32,000 nt of DNA from Ignicoccus islandicus DSM 13165 (GTDB taxonomy: Archaea; Thermoproteota; Thermoprotei_A; Sulfolobales; Ignicoccaceae). Below, piece after piece: positions 24,327 to 30,889 of this stretch (the first letter of the stretch is position 1; the number at the start of each line of letters is the position of its first letter). The notes under the pieces are model-generated. The model was not told the origin of the DNA, ran no database searches, and saw nothing but the letters and a program-made list of their open reading frames with translations. The translations under genes and the position numbers were made by a program. The DNA lies in NCBI RefSeq assembly GCF_001481685.1, contig NZ_CP006867.1:750001-782000 (forward strand), read 5' to 3'.

Positions 24327-24983
24327 TCACCGGGATTCGGTCTTCATCCGGATAGTTACTGTGGCCGGTACTTGACCGTAGTAAGGCCTCGCTAGAACGA
24401 ACGTTACGCCGGGTTTTACGCTTATCCCATTTACGCAAGGCCCTATAGTTCCGTTAATTGGTAAGTAAACGGTAGTCGTTCCGATAACGCGGCTAGTTAC
24501 CGTTAAGTTGTATCCCAACATTGCGTTAACTTCCTTAGAGCCCTCGCAAAAAAGCTTCCCGTAACACGCTATTTCACCCAGATTCACGAAGCTCGTAACG
24601 ATGACTTCTCGCGAGCAGTCTCTAAGAGTTAAGAAAGACGTTTCAGTAACGGTACTCTCCTTGATTAGGGTTCGCGTAACAGTTCTCGTTAAGGTCTCGG
24701 TAAGGTAAACGGTTACTGTTTCTGCAGAGGTCACGGTAACTCTCTTCGTTCGCGTAATAGTTTCAGTAGAATCTATTGATAGAACTTTTACTGTTCCTAT
24801 ACCCAGAATTCCGGACAAGAGCGTGAGGAAAGCTTGGTTTGGATAGCCTAGAAAGAAGAGTACGCTAGAAGATAGCAAGGAAAGGAACGCCACGCTCTCG
24901 TAGTTGTTAGGGTTCACGAGTATTAGAGCTATAATCGTGGCTGGAACGACGTATAGCAGCCTCCCCAACTCCTCCTCGTCCAT
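24327..24983 (-). CDS. Hypothetical membrane protein with phased threonine-ladder segment and N-glycosylation sequons
   Basis: Two N-terminal hydrophobic helices. Residues 73-115 contain 17 Thr, all at odd positions (TETITRTKRVTVTSAETVTVYLTETLTRTVTRT...). The Cys-containing C-terminal domain carries NLT and NGT sequons. Confidence 0.6.
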   Translation of the reverse strand: MDEEELGRLLYVVPATIIALILVNPNNYESVAFLSLLSSSVLFFLGYPNQAFLTLLSGILGIGTVKVLSIDSTETITRTKRVTVTSAETVTVYLTETLTRTVTRTLIKESTVTETSFLTLRDCSREVIVTSFVNLGEIACYGKLFCEGSKEVNAMLGYNLTVTSRVIGTTTVYLPINGTIGPCVNGISVKPGVTFVLARPYYGQVPATVTIRMKTESR

Positions 24984-24997
24984 CTAATCATCCGCGA

Positions 24998-25504
24998 ATG
25001 CTCTCGCTCTTGGCTTATAAATTGCAAACAACCAACGACCCTAGGCAAAAATTGAGAACGTGGGAGGTAATAGCTAAGGCTGAAGCCACTGAGCTGGAAA
25101 GTTGTCTACTGGGCCTTACGGTTAGAACAGATGGCGTTCAGAGGGTAATATTTAAGCCTTTAGCTTGTTATTTCCTTCATAGAGGCTATTTGGTTGACCC
25201 GTTTGAGACGGTCATACCACCGCATAGGGTTAAGTGCGTAAAGTGTAATGGAATAGAGTTCGGTACGTGTCCTCACTACGAGCCACCTCCATGTAAAGTC
25301 CTTGAAAAAGACTGGATCAAGGTAGTTGTGTGCAAATGCGACGGCTGGAAGAGCGTCAGGGGCCCGAGGGGCTGTTCGCCACTAGCTACTTATAGAGACC
25401 CACCTTACCCACTGATATGTAACGATGAGATCGTAGCTTGTATAGGTAACGGTGAGTGTGAAGGACGCCTTGAGAAGAGAGGCGCTTGGTACTGGTACTT
25501 CTAG
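24998..25504 (+). CDS. Hypothetical Cys-rich protein ending in GAWYWYF (168 aa from the ATG at 24998; 150 aa if the TTG at 25052 is used)
   Basis: 12 Cys overall; the C-terminal half holds 10 (CVKC-x7-C-x8-C ... CKC ... C ... C-x6-C-x5-C). No signal peptide. The stop TAG at 25502-25504 directly abuts the ATG of the radical SAM gene. Confidence 0.55.
   Translation: MLSLLAYKLQTTNDPRQKLRTWEVIAKAEATELESCLLGLTVRTDGVQRVIFKPLACYFLHRGYLVDPFETVIPPHRVKCVKCNGIEFGTCPHYEPPPCKVLEKDWIKVVVCKCDGWKSVRGPRGCSPLATYRDPPYPLICNDEIVACIGNGECEGRLEKRGAWYWYF
25014..25023. promoter_or_regulatory. TATA box (CTTATAAATT) in the divergent junction between the Thr-ladder gene and the Cys-rich/radical-SAM gene pair
   Basis: Lies 31-40 nt upstream of the minus-strand ATG at 24983 and about 30 nt upstream of an in-frame TTG at 25052 on the plus strand. 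It falls inside the ORF-track version of the plus-strand gene (ATG at 24998). Confidence 0.45.
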
Positions 25505-26371
25505 ATGGTGAGGGTCGTGAGGCTAGAGGTATTAAGGGAGTTCGATCCATGGAAGGATGAGTTATGTACGTGTCCTAGGAAATATAGCTTACAACCTTAC
25601 ACTGGTTGCTCCTTTTACTGCTTATACTGCTACGCTACTTCTTATATAGGGAGAAAACCATCTATACCCAAAAAGAACTTTGTCCAGAGGTTAGAGAGAG
25701 ACTTAAGGAAAGCCGACAAGGGAAAGGTAGTAAATCTCTCTACATCTTCCGATCCATACCCATGGATTGAATCGAGACTTAGGTTAACGAGGAAGGCTTT
25801 AGAATTACTATTGTCTCGAGGTTTCAAAGTTTTGATCACAACTAAGAGCCACCTAGTGACTAACGATATAGATCTACTCAAAGGTAAGAAGGCGGCCGTT
25901 ATGATTACTGTTACGACCTTGCGTGAGGACGTTGCAAGGAAACTGGAACCCGGCGCACCAGCGCCTAGCTTGAGGTTGAGAGCGATAAGGGAGCTTTCCG
26001 AAGAAGGAATCCCGGTAGGAGTACGTATAGATCCAATAATACCTTCAGTAAACGACGATGAAGACGAAATTAAGGAGCTAGTAGAGGCAGTCGCTTCAAT
26101 GGGCGCGCGCCACGTTACCACCTCAACCTATAAGGCTAGACCAGATAACTTAAAGAGAATGGTATCCGCGTTCCCAACCATTAAGGAGTTCTACTCGAGT
26201 GGTGAGAGAGTGGGTGGATACATTTACTTGAAGAGGGAAATGCGCGAGAAACTACTAAGACCAGTTTCGGAAGAAGCGAAGAGGTTGGGTCTGACGGTAG
26301 CTTACTGTAGGGAAGGGTTCCCGTTCGAAGCTCCAAGTTGCGATGGATCCCATTTGATCCCCTCCCATTAA
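25505..26371 (+). CDS. Radical SAM protein, SPL/COG1533 (spore-photoproduct-lyase-like / 'DNA repair photolyase') family
   Basis: PYTGCSFYCLYCYA (C35-x3-C39-x2-C42), then STSSDPY and a TIM-like repeat pattern. No SPASM-type extra Cys clusters. Confidence 0.8.
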   Translation: MVRVVRLEVLREFDPWKDELCTCPRKYSLQPYTGCSFYCLYCYATSYIGRKPSIPKKNFVQRLERDLRKADKGKVVNLSTSSDPYPWIESRLRLTRKALELLLSRGFKVLITTKSHLVTNDIDLLKGKKAAVMITVTTLREDVARKLEPGAPAPSLRLRAIRELSEEGIPVGVRIDPIIPSVNDDEDEIKELVEAVASMGARHVTTSTYKARPDNLKRMVSAFPTIKEFYSSGERVGGYIYLKREMREKLLRPVSEEAKRLGLTVAYCREGFPFEAPSCDGSHLIPSH

Positions 26372-26409
26372 TTAGGACGAATTCGAAATCTCTTTTGAGT
26401 GATGTTGAT

Positions 26410-26940
26410 ATGGCAGTTAGGAAGGAAATGGTTGCAGCTGTGGTCAGCTTATTGATGGTCGGAGTACTCTCAATACTTCTATATACAGCTCCTCCCTCTT
26501 GTACTTGCGGTCCTATCCAAGTTCCAACAATTTACAATACCACTACCTTGACCCTATGGAAAACAGTAACTGTAACGAAGAGATGGGAAGGACCAGTATG
26601 CAATTATTGTCACGCATCCATTCCGGAAGCCGATTACAGGGTAGCTAACTTCAATGCAACTTACAAGGGATTGTTAGTTAAGCTTTCACCAGCGGAAGTA
26701 CAAGGAAAGTACGTTATGGTATTATTCGTGACTAACGTTACTAAGAAACTGCTCGCGGTTCACGTAGTGGTACCGAAAGATTGCGTGGAAGTAAGGAACC
26801 ATTCGGAGCTCCCATTCTTGAGATCTTATTGGGAGAGGAAGGTGGTTGAAGTACCTTCTCACGTAGTGATGGAGGCCAACCTAACTGAGTTCGATTGGAA
26901 CTGGGGTTACGCTATTGATTGTCCCAAGGTGATTGGATGA
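26410..26940 (+). CDS. Hypothetical signal-anchored extracellular protein with many N-glycosylation sequons
   Basis: MAVRKEMVAAVVSLLMVGVLSILLY signal anchor. Sequons NTT, NAT, NVT, NHS and NLT, and a short TLTLWKTVTVT Thr-alternating strand. I prefer the ATG at 26410 to the track start at 26338, which overlaps the radical SAM gene. Confidence 0.55.
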   Translation: MAVRKEMVAAVVSLLMVGVLSILLYTAPPSCTCGPIQVPTIYNTTTLTLWKTVTVTKRWEGPVCNYCHASIPEADYRVANFNATYKGLLVKLSPAEVQGKYVMVLFVTNVTKKLLAVHVVVPKDCVEVRNHSELPFLRSYWERKVVEVPSHVVMEANLTEFDWNWGYAIDCPKVIG

Positions 26941-27789
26941 AACTATAACGAACGCGTTAAATATCGCTCTCTTCACGAAATCCCTTTTCAAGTCTTCTAT
27001 GGTAAATCCTAGGATCAAGGCTATCTTCTCAACCTCTCTTAGCTCATCTTCGTTAATTCTCTTTTTTCCAAAGTTTATTCGCCTATCAGTTATGTGTCTC
27101 TCGCCCCTAAACGGTAACATGACCTTTCCGTATGCCGCCTTATGACGCCACGTCTGAGTATCGGCGGAATCGTAACCCAGGGTTCTCAATAAAGGTATCA
27201 TCTTGGAGGAACCTAGACCTAAAGCGTGAAGGAGCCCAGGGAACTCCTTTCTAACGCGTTCCAAGAACTTAAGGCCCTCCTTTCTCGAGGCGTTCTTCAC
27301 AGTCAGTATTCTCGGGATCAATCCGCCTACTGCTGCATATGAAGAGAAGTCATATCCGCTCAAGTACTCCAGAAACAAGTCTTCATCTACTGGATGGAAG
27401 ACTGGTAAGAGTTCGCAATCAACGAGCTTACTCATTGTCCTGGCGTTACTTACGTTTAGTCGAACTTTCTCGCGAGCCTTCGGATCGTTAGGACCTACCG
27501 GGTTGTCTAGGGATATGCAATAGTCTGGCTTTAAGTCATTGTACCACTTAGTTACGTCCTCAACCTTGAGTGCGATCCCCTTCTTGAGGGCTTGGTAACC
27601 CCCCGAGTCCAACCATATCTCTATATCCGGAGGTATTCCGTACAACTCCCTTAGGCCCATTTCCCTTGCTCTCTCATATAACTTCTTGCTAGATGCTATT
27701 TGGAAAGCGTTTAGCATTACCGCCTCCACCTTCATGTATTTCCAAAGCGGTATGACTTGCGAGGCCGGGTGCCCCAATACCAATTTCAC
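26881..27789 (-). CDS. Short TGT-superfamily (tRNA-guanine transglycosylase-like) protein lacking Zn site and PUA/C-terminal domains
   Basis: WLDSGGYQ (D61), ISLDNPVGP (D95), AAVGGLIP, LHALGLGS, GYDSAD (D207) parallel the arcTGT motifs DSGSFQ, LDIPTP, IGGVVP, HLFGAGHP and FDSASY. There are only two Cys in 302 aa and no CxCxxC...H. Confidence 0.7.
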   Translation of the reverse strand: MKLVLGHPASQVIPLWKYMKVEAVMLNAFQIASSKKLYERAREMGLRELYGIPPDIEIWLDSGGYQALKKGIALKVEDVTKWYNDLKPDYCISLDNPVGPNDPKAREKVRLNVSNARTMSKLVDCELLPVFHPVDEDLFLEYLSGYDFSSYAAVGGLIPRILTVKNASRKEGLKFLERVRKEFPGLLHALGLGSSKMIPLLRTLGYDSADTQTWRHKAAYGKVMLPFRGERHITDRRINFGKKRINEDELREVEKIALILGFTIEDLKRDFVKRAIFNAFVIVSSNHLGTINSVTPVPIELS

Positions 27790-27856
27790 TTCTCGTTTAC
27801 CTTGTCGGTATTACGTGAGGAAGAGTAAAGACGTTAAGTATATGTGGTAAATACAA

Positions 27857-27864
27857 CTATATAA
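27857..27864 (+). promoter_or_regulatory. TATA box (CTATATAA) about 40 nt upstream of the PaaK-like gene
   Basis: Read directly in the 111-nt divergent intergenic region. Confidence 0.4.
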
Positions 27865-27900
27865 CCGAGCGTCGCTACACTTGTCTCTGGGCAAGGGGCA

Positions 27901-29352
27901 ATGTTCGAGCGTGCCACGCCCTTAGGCTCTTACTTAGCGAAGGGAAGGGAGTTTAGGGAACAAGGCTTCATCAGAACCGATTACCCGCCCAACAGGGACG
28001 AGGTGCTTTGGAACCCCAAAGTAATGAGGATGCCTAGAGAAGAAATAGAGAAAATAAAGACTCAGAGGTTAAAGGCAATAGTAAAGTGGGCTTGGGAGCA
28101 CAGCGAGTTCTATCACAAGTTCTGGAAGAGCAAGGGCTTCCATCCCGATATGATAAAGACTGCGAAGGACGTCGTGAAGATTCCGGTCCTAACTAAGAAA
28201 GACTTGAGAGCAGACCTCCAATCCAACCCGCCTTACGGAACTATCATGGTACCCGAGCTAGCTAGGTACATTCACTTCGTCGGAGCTACTTCCGGGAGTA
28301 CCGGAATGCCTACTTTCCAAGGCTGGGGTAGAGTTGAGCTAGACTACTTCGAGGAGCAACAAGCTAGGTATCTATGGACCTTCGCTGGCCTCAGGCCCGG
28401 CGTCGTTTACGCCAATTACTTGAACATGAGCGGCTTCTATAGTTGGGGTCCACCCTTAGTCGAGACAGCAATGTGGAGGTGCGGTGCAACTGCCATTGCG
28501 GGAGGAGGAGAGACCTTCTTCACATGGAAGGACAGGCACATGTTAATAATGAAGCTTTGGAAGGTAGACGTCTTCGCCACTACCCCGTGGTTGCACAGAT
28601 GGATAGGAGAGCAAGCGAAACTTGAGGGATGGGTAACCCCGTTCAAAGTACTTCTCCTCCACGGTGGAGCGGCAGCCGAGAATACTAAGAAGAAGTTAAT
28701 GGAAGTACACCCGAATGTTGAGAAAGTAATAAGCGTGTGGGGCACCACCGATGGTCATATGGCAATAGAGCCACCGGACGCTCCCGGTACCTTAGTGTTC
28801 TGGGAAGACACTCAGATCTTCGATATAGTAGTTCCTGGAAGTTACGAGGAGAACGATGTCGGCGAGCCGGCCGGAGAAGGAGAGAGAGGAGAACTAATCG
28901 CTACCTTACTGACTCACTACACGATGCCTCTTATAAGGTACAGCCTAGGTGACTACGTTAAAAATGAGTTCATATGTGAACCTACACCGGAGCTAGGCAT
29001 TACTCACTGCAGGTTCGCTGAGCTAATACCCGGAAGAGTCGAATGGATGTTCACTGTCAAGGGTAAGCTGCTGTTCCCCATAGTGGTAGAGAACGCCGTT
29101 AGCCAGATACCGGACACTACCGGTGCATATAACATAGTAGTTTACGACGACAAGATGGACAAACTCAAGATAAAGATAGAGACTAGGAAGCCTATACCGC
29201 CACCGTCCGATTACGACAAATTGGCTAGGGAAATCATAGCTAGAGAGGTCGGCTTGTCTCCAGACGACGTGGAGATAGAGTGGATCAGGCCCGGAGAGAG
29301 CGTCTGGAAGGGATACAAGCTCCAAGTGTTCCTAGACCAAAGAAAGAAGTAA
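27901..29352 (+). CDS. Phenylacetate-CoA ligase-like adenylate-forming enzyme (PaaK / coenzyme F390 synthetase family, COG1541)
   Basis: [12 protein letters not shown]-loop-like AMP motif, family-typical N-terminal helical domain and small C-terminal domain. 483 aa. Confidence 0.8.
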   Translation: MFERATPLGSYLAKGREFREQGFIRTDYPPNRDEVLWNPKVMRMPREEIEKIKTQRLKAIVKWAWEHSEFYHKFWKSKGFHPDMIKTAKDVVKIPVLTKKDLRADLQSNPPYGTIMVPELARYIHFVGATSGSTGMPTFQGWGRVELDYFEEQQARYLWTFAGLRPGVVYANYLNMSGFYSWGPPLVETAMWRCGATAIAGGGETFFTWKDRHMLIMKLWKVDVFATTPWLHRWIGEQAKLEGWVTPFKVLLLHGGAAAENTKKKLMEVHPNVEKVISVWGTTDGHMAIEPPDAPGTLVFWEDTQIFDIVVPGSYEENDVGEPAGEGERGELIATLLTHYTMPLIRYSLGDYVKNEFICEPTPELGITHCRFAELIPGRVEWMFTVKGKLLFPIVVENAVSQIPDTTGAYNIVVYDDKMDKLKIKIETRKPIPPPSDYDKLAREIIAREVGLSPDDVEIEWIRPGESVWKGYKLQVFLDQRKK

Positions 29353-29353
29353 A

Positions 29354-29358
29354 TTTTT
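29354..29358 (+). terminator. Oligo-T (T5) 2 nt after the PaaK-like gene stop
   Basis: taaaTTTTTcagg; touches the stop codon of the convergent ferredoxin gene. Confidence 0.35.
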
Positions 29359-29612
29359 CAGGCAGCCACTTCGCTTTTCTCGAGCTTCTTCTCCTCCCCC
29401 TTCTTGAATACCTTAATGCTATCAGTAGGGCAGTTGTATACGCACGCCATACATCCTATACAAGCCTCTTCCCTTTCAACTACGCTGACCAGCCTTTCGT
29501 ATTCTCCTTTTTTCTTCATCACTATCCTAAAAACGTCAGTTGGACATATCTGGGCGCAGACGGAACATCCTATGCAAGTGTCCTCGTTAACTAGAACCGA
29601 GAAGTTAGGCAT
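29358..29612 (-). CDS. 2x[4Fe-4S] ferredoxin
   Basis: CIGCSVCAQICP and CIGCMACVYNCP. 84 aa. Confidence 0.9.
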   Translation of the reverse strand: MPNFSVLVNEDTCIGCSVCAQICPTDVFRIVMKKKGEYERLVSVVEREEACIGCMACVYNCPTDSIKVFKKGEEKKLEKSEVAA

Positions 29613-29691
29613 CTCGCTCTATCACCGGAGTTAGGGTAGTCGGTGTATCGATAAAAAGGAATTTCCTTGCTTTTGAACACACGTAACGAGA

Positions 29692-30021
29692 TTATATGGC
29701 GAAGAGGATCACTATTGCCATAGCTATACCGTAGATCGCAGGAGTCTCTGCGATACCTATGAACAGTAGAACTCTACCGAACTCTTCAGGTTTCTCGCTT
29801 ATTACGGCGATACCAGCGGCACCGGTTACACCTAGGGCGTAGCCTGCACCCACAGTACCGCCGAGCAAGGCGAGACCAGCGCCTACGGCCTTTAGGCCGG
29901 TTGCCATACCTGCAGCGCTAGTTTCTGCAGCGTAAGCGATGCTAGCGCCAACTATGGTTATGAATAGGAACGATAATAGCATCCTCTTGAGTACTTTCTT
30001 AGTGATTAATCCACCCTTCAC
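29692..30021 (-). CDS. atpK: A-type ATP synthase proteolipid (subunit K/c)
   Basis: Gly/Ala-rich hairpin GAGLALLGGTVGAGYALGVTGAAGIAV ... GIAETPAIYGIAMAIVILF with the conserved ion-binding Glu. Confidence 0.9.
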   Translation of the reverse strand: MKGGLITKKVLKRMLLSFLFITIVGASIAYAAETSAAGMATGLKAVGAGLALLGGTVGAGYALGVTGAAGIAVISEKPEEFGRVLLFIGIAETPAIYGIAMAIVILFAI

Positions 30022-30077
30022 GCCTTACACCTCCATTAGAGAGGTAGAGCTTCAGATAAAAAGGACTTCTAATGTAG

Positions 30078-30248
30078 CTATTGTTCCATTTTGACCTTAG
30101 AAAGCTCTTGATCAACCTTTCTCTTCATCTCAGTTTTTATTTCCTCTGCCTTCTTTTCCAGCTTATTAACTACCTCGGTATAGTAGGACTCTATCTTCAC
30201 TTTGAGGTCCTTAACTAATTCATCCTTAGTAGGCAAACCCGCTTCCAT
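30078..30248 (-). CDS. Small coiled-coil A-ATPase-associated subunit (counterpart of the roughly 7-kDa Sulfolobus 'epsilon'), 56 aa; not in the supplied ORF track
   Basis: My translation: MEAGLPTKDELVKDLKVKIESYYTEVVNKLEKKAEEIKTEMKRKVDQELSKVKMEQ. Its ATG overlaps the atpD stop as TAATG, the same junction as atpB/atpD. It sits between atpD and atpK. Confidence 0.6.
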   Translation of the reverse strand: MEAGLPTKDELVKDLKVKIESYYTEVVNKLEKKAEEIKTEMKRKVDQELSKVKMEQ

Positions 30249-30889
30249 TACGCAACCCTCCTACTTTGTAGTTTGTTACGTATCAATTTTAATCTCATGA
30301 ATTCCTCTCTTTGCCTATCGTCTAGGACTTGTTTCACGAACTTGATGTTCTTTTGTATATCGGGCAATACGGAGTACTTTATTGCGTTGATTAGCCTCTG
30401 CGTCCTTCTTAGCTCATTCATTATTCTGTACATGCTCATCTCAGCGTTCAAGGCTTTAGCTAGGGACTTCATCGCCTTTTCCATTTCTTCCTTAGCAGCA
30501 TCCATATAAGGAGAACTGAACACTAAGGACAAGCTCGAAGCAGCAGTGGCGCTTTCGAATTCTACTACCGGTATCTTAACTCCGAAGGCCGATCGGGTAG
30601 CTATCTTTGCCTTCAACGTTTCCGGTATGTACGCGACCTCTTGTTTACATTCCAACGCTCCGGATTGGACGAAGGCTAGGGCCATGTATTCTTGGGCCTT
30701 CTCTAAATGTTTCGAGTACTCATCGTAGTACCTCTGGTAATCTGCTATGGCTCTCCTAAGGTATATTAGAAGTATATCTCTCTTATCTTCTAAGAGTTTC
30801 TGGATCTTCTTAACGACCTTTTGCCTTTGCTTCAACCGTATTAGGTTTATCTTTGTAGGAAGTACCCTTTTAGCTCCAGGAAAACTCAT
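30248..30889 (-). CDS. atpD: A-type ATP synthase subunit D (central stalk)
   Basis: LPTKINLIRLKQRQKVVKK N-terminus and long coiled-coil architecture. TAATG overlap with atpB. Confidence 0.9.
   Translation of the reverse strand: MSFPGAKRVLPTKINLIRLKQRQKVVKKIQKLLEDKRDILLIYLRRAIADYQRYYDEYSKHLEKAQEYMALAFVQSGALECKQEVAYIPETLKAKIATRSAFGVKIPVVEFESATAASSLSLVFSSPYMDAAKEEMEKAMKSLAKALNAEMSMYRIMNELRRTQRLINAIKYSVLPDIQKNIKFVKQVLDDRQREEFMRLKLIRNKLQSRRVA

Noticed and set aside
24247-24438. 63-aa minus-strand ORF spanning the aroA promoter gap and the 3' end of the Thr-ladder gene
   Set aside because: It overlaps the longer, better-supported ORF 24327-24983 in another frame and has an Arg/Ser-rich composition.
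26338-26409. Upstream TTG start for the signal-anchored protein
   Set aside because: It would overlap the radical SAM gene by 34 nt and put 24 non-hydrophobic residues before the signal anchor. The ATG at 26410 gives a canonical MAVRKE + TM N-terminus.
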